NCBI RefSeq assembly: GCF_006345805.1
Contig: NC_043003.1
Location: 116,808,001 to 116,872,000, forward strand
Direction: 5' to 3'
From: Octopus sinensis
Lineage: Eukaryota
DNA: 64,000 bases
How positions within the stretch are numbered: position 1 is the first letter of the stretch; each line of letters starts with the position of its first letter. Made by a program: the position numbers and the translations under genes. Positions 11,641 to 24,639 of this stretch are shown piece by piece. The notes beneath the pieces were generated by a model. That model searched no databases, was not told where the DNA came from, and worked only from the letters and a program-made list of their open reading frames with translations.

Positions 11641-12037
11641 GTATGTATGCATGTATGTATATATATGTATGCGACTCAATTTGTGGAAATATATTTTTAA
11701 AACTTAAGCGTTTGTATATTATTCTGAAGTGCTTGCAAAAATAAGTTGTTCATAATTTTAATATACACAAGTAGGATTAATAAAACACACCGAGCAATAG
11801 ATTTTGCCTATTTTTTTTTTTTCTAATTCCTAACTTCGAAAGTGTACAATATTTTATTTTTTAGCCACCCATGCGAAGTTGGCCAGTAATATTTCGTTTG
11901 ATCTCCGGTGCGCCACAAAATCAAAAAGATCGGCAAGTATTGCAGAACGTGAGACTGAGATATTCTCTATCTTCTCTTTTCCTCTCCCTCTGTCTCTATC
12001 TCTCTCTTTCTCTATATAAGTTTGTATGTATATATAC

Positions 12038-12104
<67 letters not shown>

Positions 12105-12172
12105 CATACATATACATACATGCCTGTAAATATATATGTACATGCAAGCGTACGTGTATATATATATATATA

Positions 12173-12233
<61 letters not shown>

Positions 12234-12482
12234 ATATGCATATATATGAGAATGAGAGTGATGGATGGATAGGTAGATTAATAGATAGACAGATAGATAG
12301 CTATATATAAATATATGTATACGTCTAGATATATAATATATATAGACATTTTTGTGTATTTCATATACACACGCACGCACTTTCAGGCTTACATACACAA
12401 CACACACAGAGAAACACAGATACACACACACATATATATATATCGGTGTGTGAGTGTGCTTGCATGTGTATGTGTGTGTATT

Positions 12483-12528
<46 letters not shown>

Positions 12529-13131
12529 TGTGTGTGTGTGTGCGTCTCATTCTATATATTTGTTCTGTTCCCATATGTGTTCGTGTGTTCTTATCAAAGT
12601 GTCTGTTTCTATTGTGCTCAGTAGAGTGAAGAATTTTTAATAAAATGTTAAAATTTTGGGAGTGTGTATAGGAAAGTAAACTGTAATAAAACGGTTATTA
12701 TATTAAAAAATAATTATGTGGAACGTGAAAACATTAAAACCTATAGACATCTTCGTATTTACGACTTTAATCGATATTAGGGAAAATAATCTTATGAATT
12801 ATTCAAAATGATGTAATAAGTTATTTAAGGAAATTTTGGGTTTGCTTTTCTTGCTTCACCATCCTGTCTTTCTCGAATATGAATAGTTCCCGGCAAAATA
12901 TTATCTAATGCTTCGTTTATTGAGTTGATAAATGTTTAAGGATATTTGGGTGCTATTTCTAGCTATTCCAAAAGCAAATTAAGATTGGTTGGAATGGTAA
13001 CAAAGATGGCTTAATTCGGAAAAGAGTTTAGCACCGTTTTTTTATATATATTACAATACCCGTCAGTTTGTCGTCGCGACAAACTTGTTGGAATAATTAT
13101 ATTTCCATTACATATATTTGAATATATACTT

Positions 13132-13162
<31 letters not shown>

Positions 13163-13387
13163 TATATATACATATATGTATACATATACATACATTCATA
13201 CACACACACACACGCATATATATCATACAAAATGAGATATAACAAAGTCAAGGGTGTGAGGAGTTTCCAGGACATTTATAAGGAAAAAGATGTAGATATA
13301 CTTCTAGAGCTGTTTCTAAGTTTAGCTACGGTCTGTCCATAGCACTTACCCAGCGTCAACTGGGTCTGCCAGATACAAATAATTCTC

Positions 13388-13478
<91 letters not shown>

Positions 13479-13529
13479 CGCGTGCGTACGTGTTTGTGTG
13501 TGTGTGTGTGTGAGTATTTTGCTTCGTAT

Positions 13530-13740
13530 CTCTGATTGTCCCTCGCCACCGCTTGGTAGCCGGTGCTGGTTTGCTTACGTCCTCGTCACTTACCGATTAA
13601 GCCAAACACGCTGGTAGAAAAAGTACCCAGCTGAAGAAGAAATAACTGTTGAGTTCGATTCATTCGACTCTAAATTCTATAGAGATATGCCCCAGCATGG
13701 CCGCAGTCTAATGACTTAAAGAAATAAAAGCAATAAAAGA
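13530..13740 (+). mobile_element. SINE A 3' half, diverged
   Basis: CCCAGCATGGCCGCAGTCTAATGACT tail after a (TG)n tract. Confidence 0.7.
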
Positions 13741-14391
13741 AAATATATAGACATACATTCATGCATTTATGTGTGCGTGTATATATGCATGTTTGTATGG
13801 AAGTATCTTTTTTGTTAGCTGCTGGAGACAGAGAAGCCTACGATGCCTAAGGAGGCAGAAATGCGTACCCACAACTCCGGTTATCTCATTAGAACACGTT
13901 TTCCATTTTGTTTATGGCATTTAATTTGAAATATTTTCTCTCCTTGAAATTGTTTTCCTTTCTCATGTTGTGCGGGTACCAGTTGCTTGTTGGTAAATGT
14001 GACACACTCAAGAACCGGAGATCACCATTTCCCGCGGCAGAATTCGCACCGAACTGAGAGACTTCATGTTAGTTTTAACAGACGTACATCTCTGTCCTGG
14101 CTTAGAGCAGGCTGGAAGAGAGTATCGATCTTATCGTTTTCTTTGTATATTGATTGTCTTCACTCCAAATAAGGTGTTCATTCTACCTTTACAAAAAACT
14201 TTTTACCCCATAGAAGGTACCTTGATATCTGCTAAGATTCTGGGCTACAACAGAGGTGGATATAGTTTTATAAATTCAAGGATTTGAGTTGTAATGTATT
14301 TTTTATACCTGTATTTGACGATATTTTTCAATTACTTGCCACACGGCGCTCCGTAATTTCTCAAAGCACATTTTTGTTTAATTTATTTACC

Positions 14392-14439
<48 letters not shown>

Positions 14440-15208
14440 GTGTGTGTGTGTGTGTGTATGTTTCATTGTCTATTTGTGTAATATATCTATAGAAACATTT
14501 GTGTGCCTCTCTGTGTTTTGCGGTATGTAAGCGTGCGTGCGTGTGTGTGTTTTGTGGCATGTGAGGGGGCGTTGGTGTGTGTGAAATAGCCGCGCTCAAT
14601 AACCTTCCGAAAGCTTAATAAAATGTAAACTTTTAAGTATATATATAAAAAAGTAAAAGATATTTAAACTGTAATAAACGGATATTTTATTAAAAATTAA
14701 TTATGTTGAACATAACATGAAAGTATTAAAATATTTATAAGTATTTGAATAAAAGACATTAAACGATATAGAAAAAATAATTACATCACGGATTATGTCG
14801 AACGATCTATAAGTGAATGGAGATCAAATTGATTATAGAAGCGAATCGATGCACCCTTTACTTGAACATAACGTTTTGTTTTTTAACATGATGGGAGCCC
14901 TGAGCAGCATTATGAAACTTGTTCTTTTTTAAGGCGAGTAGGCTATAAGTTCGAGAAAGTATTTGATGCTGTTTGGAGCAAGTGGGGATTCGAATTGGGC
15001 GACCATAAGTAAGAGGATTAATTGGTTAATACAGCTTAAAGGTAAGACAGACTTCAACATTGTGAAGAACAGCAAGTTTTTACATTCGATCTGAACTCGA
15101 TATTGTCGTTACACAGACGCAGTAGATATGCTCGTCTCTGCCTTTATATTGATATATCCGTCGCAGAGTTCCTCTACGTATATGTACATATATATACACA
15201 CACTATAT

Positions 15209-15314
<106 letters not shown>

Positions 15315-15339
15315 TATATATATATAATATATATATATA

Positions 15340-15520
15340 TAAGTTAATCCAAACAAGAAAACACAGAAAAAAAGAGAAACAAAGGAGAAAAAAACACAGC
15401 AACGCAGGACGTGGAACAATTAAAGTATTATTGACGCTCAGGAAAGAAGGGAAGGAGGGTTTAACGTTTCGAGCGGAGCTCTTCGTCGGAAACAAGGAGA
15501 AGGAAATATATAGGGTTATG
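15340..15520 (-). mobile_element. Short PLE pseudo-LTR-like element abutting (TA)n
   Basis: Homologous to 33590-33810 (opposite strand); carries the HHR-like motif at 15459-15493. Confidence 0.7.
15459..15493 (-). ncRNA. Minimal type I hammerhead-like motif (U4C core variant)
   Basis: Minus strand GUUU-CCGACGA-A-GAGC-UCC-GCUC-GAAAC-GU-U-AAAC; identical to 33663-33697. Confidence 0.6.
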
Positions 15521-15636
15521 TACTTGTGTTTGCACATATTTGTCTCTGTGCGCCTTCACGAGTTTGTATATGTGCGAGTGTGCGCGTGCATGAGTGCGTA
15601 TATATATATATATACACGCACGATATATGTATATCT

Positions 15637-16051
15637 ATTTCTCTACTATCCACAAGAGGATAAACACAACGAGGACAAACAAGGACAGGCAAACGGATTA
15701 AGTCGATTAGATCGACCCCAGTGCGAAACTGGTACTTATTTAATCGACCCCGAAAGGATCAGAGGCAAAGTCGACCTCGGCGGAATTTGAACTGAGAACG
15801 TAGCGGCAGATGAAATACCGGTTTCTTTACTACCCACAAGGGCCTAAACACAGAGAGGACAAACAAGGACAGGCAAACGGATTAAGACTATTAGATCGAC
15901 CCCAGTGCGGAACTGGTACTTATTTAATCGATCCCGAAAGAATGAAAGGTAAAGTCGACCTCAGAGGAATTTGAACTCAGAACGTAGCGGCAGACGAAAC
16001 ATTGCTAAGCATTTCGCCCGGCGTGCAACCGATTCTGCCAGCTCACCGCCT
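15637..16051 (-). mobile_element. SINE family B head-to-tail dimer
   Basis: Full copy 15821-16051 plus a second ~184-bp body unit 15637-15820 lacking the 5' head. Confidence 0.9.
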
Positions 16052-16064
16052 TATATATGTATAT

Positions 16065-16360
16065 TGTCATTGTCGTGGCACTCCGTTCCATTTAATCCGA
16101 TCAACGGAACATCTTGCAAGTTGCTGAGCACTCCACAGGCACGTGTATACTTAACGTAGTTCTCGGGGTGATTCAGCGTGATACAGAAACAGGAAGAAAG
16201 AGTTAGAGAAAGTTGTGGTGAAAGAGTACAGCAGGGTTCTCCACCACCCCATTGCCGGGCCTCGTGGAGCTTTAGGTGTATTCACTCAATAAACACAACG
16301 CACGGTCAGGGAATCTAAACCGCGAGTCCGCTGCCCTATCCACTTGGCCATTGCGGGTCT
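16065..16360 (-). mobile_element. SINE family C, tail type 2, with internal deletion
   Basis: Head and body as 4508; tail ...GAGAACTACGTTAAG..ACGTG.CTGTGGAGTGCTCAGC...GGAGTGC as 51859 and 62400. Confidence 0.85.
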
Positions 16361-16674
16361 ATATATATATATGTAAATATATGTATATATATATATGTGT
16401 GCATATATATATATGTGTATATATGTATATGTATGCATATGCATATATATATATATGTATATGTATCAAAATCCTACAATTGTTAGAATTTGCAATTTGA
16501 AATTTGAATTTGAACACCCAGACGAGTCTGGAGCCCTTTCTCTCTGCTCGATTTCCAAACTGTATGTTATCAAGACCTATAATAAATAACGTTGTTTAAA
16601 TTCTGATGGAAGATGGTCGAAGTTTTAAGTTGGTAGATTGTAAGTATTAGTTTAACGCTCGGAAAGAGAGAAAA

Positions 16675-16712
16675 TCATTTTCATTTCGAGCCTACGCTCT
16701 GCAACAGAAAGG
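16675..16712 (-). ncRNA. Decayed minimal hammerhead-like motif
   Basis: Minus strand UUU-CUGUUGC-A-GAGC-GUAG-GCUC-GAAAU; same stem II as 32265-32300; next to (TA)n; core mutated. Confidence 0.35.
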
Positions 16713-16715
16713 AAC

Positions 16716-16809
<94 letters not shown>

Positions 16810-18018
16810 AAACACACATACATAGTCACACAAGCCTATACTCAGTTTACCGAATGGAGAAGTACAGTAAATGCAAGATGTCGACTGGAAGGTCAAAGTG
16901 GATATTGGAAAATTGGCTACCGTTGCTCAATGCGGGTTACATTATCACGTTAGAAGTGAGATCGGCATTTTAGTGAGACCAGGTGCATTACAATTTCTTG
17001 GACCAATGTTGGATTACGGGTAATATGCTTAAAAGGCTTTGTCCTGCGGATGAAAAATACACGAATTTCCTTTCCACTTTTGCCGCAGACATTAACACAC
17101 TTCTCATTTTTATGTGTTTGATTCTCTTACTCAAGACTTCAGTCTTGTGATGACTACCCCGATATATATTTATATTCTTTGTATGTGTGAAGATGTGGCA
17201 ATGTGAGGTGCATCCATTTATAAAGTATGAATTTCATTTTTTTTTTCTCAATTTCTGTTGGGCAGCCTCTCCTCTTTCTGTATTTATGCATATATATGCG
17301 CGTGCGAGTATATATATGTGTTTCTGTTTTTGCACATGTATATATTTTCATATTCGTATATATATATATATATATATATATCATTTTCTGCTCCTATATT
17401 CACACAACGAAATCTTAGTAGATTCTATGTTGGTAACGGACGGAACTCATATTTCATAATAAATGTGATCTGTGCATTGAACGAATATATTTATCAAAAT
17501 CAATTAATACCATACATTCTCAAGTCCTAAACTACCGGCTGTATATGACTGATCGTCTGTCTGTCTTGCTAGCGACCGACCTGACTGATTTTCTGCCTGA
17601 CTCTCTGCGTGATACAGGTAATTAATAACTTGATGGATATAATCAATGAACAAATGGAGAGACGGTTTCATTCACCGCTTCACTAGGAATCTGTGTTAAC
17701 ACTAAACATTTAAATCAAGTTATGTATATTTTTTCCCACTAGGAGACCTAACTGTCAACTATATACTGTGTTGATAATTCATATATCTCTTTCATATTCC
17801 TTGTTAATATGGAATAAGTTGCGTACAGTTTTATGTATAATCGATTCTACAAATGTGCATATTTTAAGTCTAAATCCCTTTACTGGCAGTTAATTGGAAG
17901 TGCGCAATATATCAGAATGCGATTCAGGTTTCGTGTGGAACTGGATGCACGTGAGAACAGGTGTAATGAACGCCTTTTGTGTTTTTGTTGATCGTCATTT
18001 GAAAATGCTCCCTCATAT

Positions 18019-18190
18019 GCGCAGGCGCGCGGATGTGTGCTGAGACGCTGCTTCCCAGCCACAGGGTTCCGGGTTCTGTCTCACGGCGTGGCGCACCTTG
18101 GGCAGATGTCTTCTGCTTTAGCCTCAGACCGATCAAAGGTCTTTTGACTAATGTGTTTGAGAGACCGAAACTGAAAGAAAGCTGTTGTGT
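18019..18190 (+). mobile_element. SINE A 5' half, diverged
   Basis: CCACAGGGTTCCGGGTTCTGTC...CCTTGGGCAGATGTCTTCTG...GAAACTGAAAGAA. Confidence 0.75.
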
Positions 18191-18837
18191 GTGTGTGAGT
18201 GTGTGAGTGTGTGTGTGTGTGTGTGTGAGTGTATGTGTGTGTGTGTGTGTGCGTGTATGTATGTGTGTGTGGTGTGTGTTGTATCTGTGTATATATTTAT
18301 TAGAAGAAATGACGTACTCAGAAATCTGGATGGTTTTATATTTACCGATGTTTATTAGCCTGTTACATGTTTATATAAATCCTTTATCATATATATTAGC
18401 GCTTTCGTCCATTCTGGTGAAGTTTTCAAATTTGAAAACTCCACTAGAGTGAACGAAAGCACTAATATAAACCATCCAGATTTCTGAGAACCTCATTTCT
18501 TCTAGTATATAATACATGTACATCATCTCCAAACCTTCTAATATATATACATATTATATACATACACACACACATACACACACACACACACAAGTATATG
18601 TATGCGTGTGGGAGTGTGTGTGCGCGTGTATGTATGTCATTATTCAGTCTTATTTCAAGATTTCTTGCCAACAGAGAAAGAGGTGGTATGTATGCGTGTA
18701 TGTCTTCGTGTCCGTGTTTGCCCCACCCCCACCCTTCCACAAGGGTTGATGAGCATACGGCCCCGTAACATAGCGGTTTGGCAAAACTAAGCGACGAAAT
18801 AAGTACCAGGCTCAAAAAACAAAAATAAAATATTAAA

Positions 18838-19597
18838 ATGTCCGCAGATGATTTCAGAATCCAGAATGTTATCAACGGGGAAGAAGATCGAACCGAACCC
18901 CAGTCTGATAGTCTTGCGGTAAGCCAAAGGCCGGACAAAGATAACATGTGGTTAAGTGAGTGGAAATTTGAACTCATGCACATTGAAAGAAGAATACACT
19001 CAAATAACCTACTCACAGCACGCAATAATATCGGGAACATAGGACTGATTGTTGACAACAATTTCTACTGAAGTGCTAGCATAAACAATAAAGCCGATAA
19101 GGCTCGCAGGATGTCATCATTCCCCTCTTCCCCTCCTTTGTACGGCCAATACCTAGAATACTGGTGCCCCCTGTGGTCTCCCCACACCAAACAAAACATT
19201 ACAGGAATTGGGTCAACCCACATAGCATTAAAAAAAATAAGAGGAATGAAAAATCTTGATTATTGGGACTGACTTTAAATATTGGATCGTTATTCTCTCA
19301 AGCGGCGCCGTAACCTATACATCAGTTTCACAATGTGAAGAATATAGCATAAGAATTGCCCGATCGCCCTCAATATGAGATTCTGAATTCAGCCAAGGGT
19401 GTCATACACCCCGTACACAATTCGGGCTCACAGAACATAAATTCACTGCAACAGAATTTCTTTTCGTCAACAGGCCTTGCTCTATTTAACATTATCCCAA
19501 AACATATGAATGAGGAAAGAACTCCCATCACCTTCAAAGGAAACCAGGTCAAATTTCTTCAACGGTTTATAGATTAGCAATCTATACCAATAATAAT
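18838..19597 (+). mobile_element. CR1/L2-clade LINE, 3' RT remnant (pseudogenised)
   Basis: Across frames: KFELMHI, IGLIVDNN, LEYWCPLWSPH, KIRGMKNLDYWD*L, YSLKRRR, GLALFNIIPK, FKGNQVKFLQ; typical post-RT motifs of CR1-like LINEs. Confidence 0.85.
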
Positions 19598-20040
19598 GTT
19601 CGTCCTTCGGTTCGAAGATGACCAACTGACATCATCTGAAGGAACTGCCGCCATGAGACCTGAGGTGGCTGGTGAGGCCAATCCGGGCAAGGAAGCCCCT
19701 CCCACAGGTGGGGCAGAAGTGGGTAGGGGCCGTGCTACTGGTGCAGGCGGCTCTGGCTTTACGCATCTGACGTTTCTGCTCCGCTGACCGAATCCGTCCC
19801 TCCCCGGCTGTCCCTGCTCCCACGGTGATTGCGCTGCGCCAGGATGAGCGGTTGGCAGCAAGTGTCTCCCAGGTCTCTGTTCCGATGGAGAAGTCTTTGA
19901 GAGAGACCTTGAGACTATCCTTGTAGCGCTTCTTCTGCCCTCCGACTTTGCGCCTGCCCTGGCCGAGTTCACCGTAGAAGAGCTGTTTTAGGATGCGAGT
20001 GTCGGACATGCGGGAGACGTGGCCCGCCCATCTCAGCTTG
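19598..20040 (-). mobile_element. RTE-clade LINE 3' end, 5'-truncated, open frame
   Basis: ORF 19632-20040: LRWAGHVSRMSDTRILKQLFYGEL...RYKDSLK...CPTCGRGFLARIGLTSHLRSH (C2H2-like end); short 3' UTR and (ATT)n tail. Confidence 0.92.
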
Positions 20041-20825
20041 ACAAAAAGGACATAACGGACCCTACAAAGTGGTGAAATCAAGTTAGCCATGGCCTGTGCA
20101 AATTTTTCACTGAAATATATCTAAGTTATCTAAGTCGTATCTAAGCTGTACATGATTTGGATATAGGAATGTACATGTATCATAAACAAAGACATACATA
20201 TGTAATTCGCATTTACCAGTAAATATCTTCCATCATTTCTGCGTCGATTTCTTATATACATCTCCAACAGTATATAGTTCCACCATGTTCAGGGTTCACA
20301 ACTAATTACGTGTTTATCTATCTACCTATGTATCTACCTAGCTACCACCTACCTACTTACTAACCTACCTACCGACATACTTACATACATACCTAACTAC
20401 CTATCTACTTACCTACATATCTCTCACTATATATAGTAGTCTATCTTCGCATATATATACATATATATATTTACTAATTATGCGAATTTATATATATATA
20501 TACATATATATATATACATACATATGTAGGTACATAAAAAAATTAGTTATATATATACATATACACATCTGTGATATATAATATGTAATTAATATAATTA
20601 TATTAAAGAAACGTTATTTAAATAAATCTATGCCCATACGCGTGCATTGGCATTTATACCGATAGAGTCATACATACGCATATATATATACATACATTAA
20701 ATATATATATATGCGATATATATATATACTTATATATATGCATATATATTACATATACAAATATATGTATACATGCATATATATATATAATATATATATA
20801 CATATACAAATATATGTATACATGC

Positions 20826-20870
<45 letters not shown>

Positions 20871-21054
20871 CAAATATATGTATACATGCATATATATATA
20901 TATATATATATATGAGTGAGTTGTGTAATTGTGTGTGATTGTGTGTTAGCACATATACATACGCCACACCACTGCGAGTGTATGACCTGGTATCTCTTCT
21001 ATTTCACGTCGCTCTTCATCAATTATTAACAACCATTATTGCAAACATCATTAG

Positions 21055-21380
21055 AAAATGGCGCTTTCCTCTTGTTGCCGAGGACTTGTTTCAAGCTGAC
21101 AAATGAAACAGAGAAAAAGAAAATAAGTTTCGAGAGGAAGAGAGAGAGAGAGAAGAGACGTAGAATGCGCACACAAATTAGAATGTTTCATTAATATAAC
21201 AAAGAGAGTACAACTGCTGTTAGTAGACGATAGATTGATGAAGGTAAAGACTCTTGAAAATGATCTAAGGTTCATTAACTGTTCAACAATCACTTGAAAG
21301 CACACTACTGGTGGTCGGTAAATTGTGCGAGTTTGGGCGGAAATCAACGCACCGTCTTCGTCGGATGACGTATATTTATC
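21055..21380. promoter_or_regulatory. CpG-retaining unique segment with YY1/E2F-ETS/CRE-like motifs
   Basis: AAAATGGCG 21055-21063, TTTGGGCGGAAA 21332-21343, ATGACGTA near 21365; motif matches only. Confidence 0.2.
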
Positions 21381-21913
21381 TGCTCTAACTTGGATGATAT
21401 CAAATGTTTGCGGAACTCTAAGCTGAGAAGGAGGCAGTTTCCACCTGCTCAGATGATTAATTAATATCGAATTGAATTGGGAATAATTGTAGAAGGAGGA
21501 ACAGCAGAAAGTATAAATATTCCAGCCTACGCTAACAACTTACTTGAACTTGTACATTACTGAGATACATATGTAGGTATATGTATGTCTTGAAACACTA
21601 TGTACATGTGTGTGCGTGTGGGGAAGTGTGCGTGTTCGCCCATACGTATGCATATGTATAAGGTCATGTGTATATAAATGCATACATATGAATGTATGAA
21701 TACATCTACACACAGACGCACTCAACGCACACACACACAGAGAGCTAAAGGCGTATATAATATATAAATGCAAATTTGTACACTTCTTTATACGCACATT
21801 CGATTTAAATATATGTGTATATGTGTGCTTGTGTCTGTGTGTGCTTGGGTATGTGAGTGTGTGTCGGGCTGTATAGTCATATATGATTGTATATATATAT
21901 ATATATATATATA

Positions 21914-22196
21914 TGGAGGCGCAATGGCCCAATGGTTAGAGCAGCGGACTCGCGGTTTCGATTCCCTGACCGGGCGTTGTGCGTGTTTATTGAGCGAAAA
22001 CACCTAAAAGCTCCACGCGGCTCCGCCAGGAGTGGTAACGATCCCTGCTGTACTCTTTCGCCACAACTTTCTCTCACTCTTTCTTCTGTTGGCCAGCGGG
22101 GTGGCGTCATTTGAAGGCTAAAACAATGCGAAGCGCATTGTGACCAGCGATGTGTAACAACATCTGATGGCCTGGTCGGTCACGGTGATCACGGTG

Positions 22197-22198
<2 letters not shown>
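21914..22198 (+). mobile_element. SINE family C, tail type 1
   Basis: Colinear with 4508; head carries a 14-bp deletion between TCGCGG direct repeats; tail (CACGGTGAT)2. Confidence 0.9.
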
Positions 22199-22256
<58 letters not shown>

Positions 22257-22379
22257 CGCACTATGTGATTCTAAACGTCCAATGCCAAACACTTATATGG
22301 CGTTGCTCAAGAAAATGCCATTCGTTGGTTTCTGACATAAGACCTCATAATGCGCCTAATATTTATTCCACAGCACAAA

Positions 22380-22606
22380 TGACGTTTCCTTAAATACCCA
22401 TTTCGAATCCTGATAGCTGCTGATGTATGCAAGTCACAAAGCCATCAATGTCTGCGCTGTTTCGGGCTGAAGGCAGAAACAGAAGGATTCATTCTTGCAT
22501 CCCAAGATCAGAGTCCATAAAAGAAATATATTAAGCTAACATCATCCAAAACTGAACAACCCATCCGCCAACTCACTGTGATGAAGGAATTGACCATATT
22601 GTGGCT
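22380..22606 (+). mobile_element. R4/Dong-like LINE internal fragment
   Basis: Translates GLKAETEGFILASQDQS and CDEGIDHIVA, matching the ETEG..LA.QDQ and zinc-knuckle IDHIV motifs of R4/Dong ORFs. Confidence 0.7.
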
Positions 22607-22995
22607 GTATGGCAAGAAATTTGCTTCCAAACCCCATGGCTCCGGGTTCAGTCCCACTCCATGGCAATTTGGGAAAGTGACTTCTACTATAGCTTCGAGC
22701 CTACTATAGCCTATCACAGAATTTCAAAGAAACCCGTCGTCTATGTACGTGCATGTGTGCGTGTATGTGTGTGTGTGTGTGTTCTTGTATCTGCATTTGT
22801 CCCTCACCAACGCCTGACAACCGTTGTTGGTGTATTTACGACACATAATTTAGCGGTTCGGTAAAGGACACCGATAGAATAAGTGCAAGTCTTTGAAAAA
22901 GCGCTGGGGTGGATTCATTCGACTAAAATTCTTCAATGCGGCGCCCCAGCATGGCCGCACTCTGATGACCGAAACAAATAAAAGAATTAAAGACA
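22600..22995 (+). mobile_element. SINE family A, diverged
   Basis: Head, internal TG repeat and CCCCAGCATGGCCGCA tail present. Confidence 0.82.
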
Positions 22996-23231
22996 ATGAA
23001 ATATGAAAAAAAACCGTTGATTGAGAGGATCATTCTGGCCACCGTTTTCCTCCGGTGATGGTAACGTAGAAATATTCTGGTTTTATCACGGATGTTTCCT
23101 TCGAAAGAATAAGAAAAGCCACCCTGTTAATGAACTATTGATAAATGCCGAAGTGCACATATGGGGCAAAACCCTTGTTGTACTGGACATTGAGGAGTGT
23201 GTTTTTGTGGCCCAAGCAGAATCTCTGACAC

Positions 23232-24147
23232 ATTGGCGCAATGACCCAACCAAGAAATTGAAAAAGAAGAATTTTGTTAATGTTGCTTATGACTGCAGTA
23301 TAAACAAAAAACAATTTAGCATTCTGTTATGTCTGGGGAGAGTCATTTTCTTTTTGTGCCTTATAATGTAACACTCACTGGTAAAATTTCCACTTATTTC
23401 TTATTTTTATTTTCCTAAAACTTTCATAGCGCCTTACAACCTTTTCAATAGTCTTGACTACTGAAATAAGAACTAAGTCAAATAAGAAATAAGTGGAAAT
23501 TTTACCGGTGAGTGTATTACTCACAGACACAACAGAATATGCTTCATCACACGAACTCATATAAAGAATCTTGCAAACCAAATCCAAAAACGAAATTTAG
23601 TATTCTTCATTTAAATATTGCTGACTCTTGTAATCGCAGATCAATTCATGATAACCGTAATGCGATTCAATATTAGTTTACCGTATTTATACTGTTACAG
23701 AAATGAAAGAATGGGTGATAAACGAGGATAGATGTACTTATGTTGGCATTAAATTGTATCTGAGCATATTTAAATGAAGAATACTAACTTTCGTTTTTGG
23801 ATTTGGTTTGCAAGATTCTTTATATGAGTTCGTGCGTTGAAGCATATTCTGTTGTGTCTGTGAGTAATACACTCACCGGTAAAATTTCCACTTATTTCTT
23901 ATTTGACTTATTTCTTATTTCAATAGTCAAGACTATTGAAAAGGTTGTAAGGCGCTACGAAAATTTTAGGAAAATAAAAATAAATAAGTGGAAATTTTAC
24001 CAGAAATTTTAGATTATAAGGCACAAAAAGAAAGTGACTCTTCCCAGACACAATAGAATACTAAATTGTTTTTGTTTATACTGCAGTCATAAGCAACATT
24101 AACAAAATTCTTCTTTTTTAATTTCTTGGTTGGGTCATTGCGCCAAT
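23232..24147. mobile_element. ~915-bp foldback: two ~390-bp inverted arms, each containing a ~143-bp MITE
   Basis: Arms 23232-23622 and 23763-24147 are reverse complements; the ORF track shows mirrored near-identical ORFs. Inner TIR CACTCACCGGTAAAATTTCCACTTATTTCTTATTT with TA at 23515-23516 and 23868-23869. Confidence 0.85.
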
Positions 24148-24639
24148 TCTAATAACACTCGTACTGGTTCAATATCACCACTTTATTGTTAATCACTTGG
24201 TTAAATACCTAATCAATTAACTAATCTATATATTTCAATGTTTTCCTATTAAAATGATAATATCCATATTCAATGTTATATTCCTGGAAAAATTGCCCCG
24301 TTTTGTTATTATGCATATTTTCGCTGTAAGAGTCTAGAATGTGTCATTCTAATAAACAGCAACCTCGGGATTTTCCTGTCGTTAAATATGTCCGATTGAA
24401 AGGCTTTCAAGAAATGCGCCAAAATAATAACCAGTGATACAATAAGAGTAAAAATGCCAAGATTATGTAAGAATATTTATTTCCGTGGTGTATGCGTGAG
24501 TGTATATGCATCTGTATGTATGCAGCGGTGTAGGAACATAGCCATATACAAATGGCTGAAAAGGATGTAATATAGTGAAGAATATGAATACATGAAGGTT
24601 CATTAATAAAAAAGTGTCCATAACACCCGCATATATATA

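Noticed and set aside
12637-12740. AT-rich similarity to about 14605-14730
   Set aside because: Short, low-complexity and diverged; no termini or TSD to define an element.
15637-16051. Regularly spaced repeats resembling a CRISPR array or iterons
   Set aside because: Units are whole SINE bodies with no unique spacers; eukaryotic context and no cas genes.
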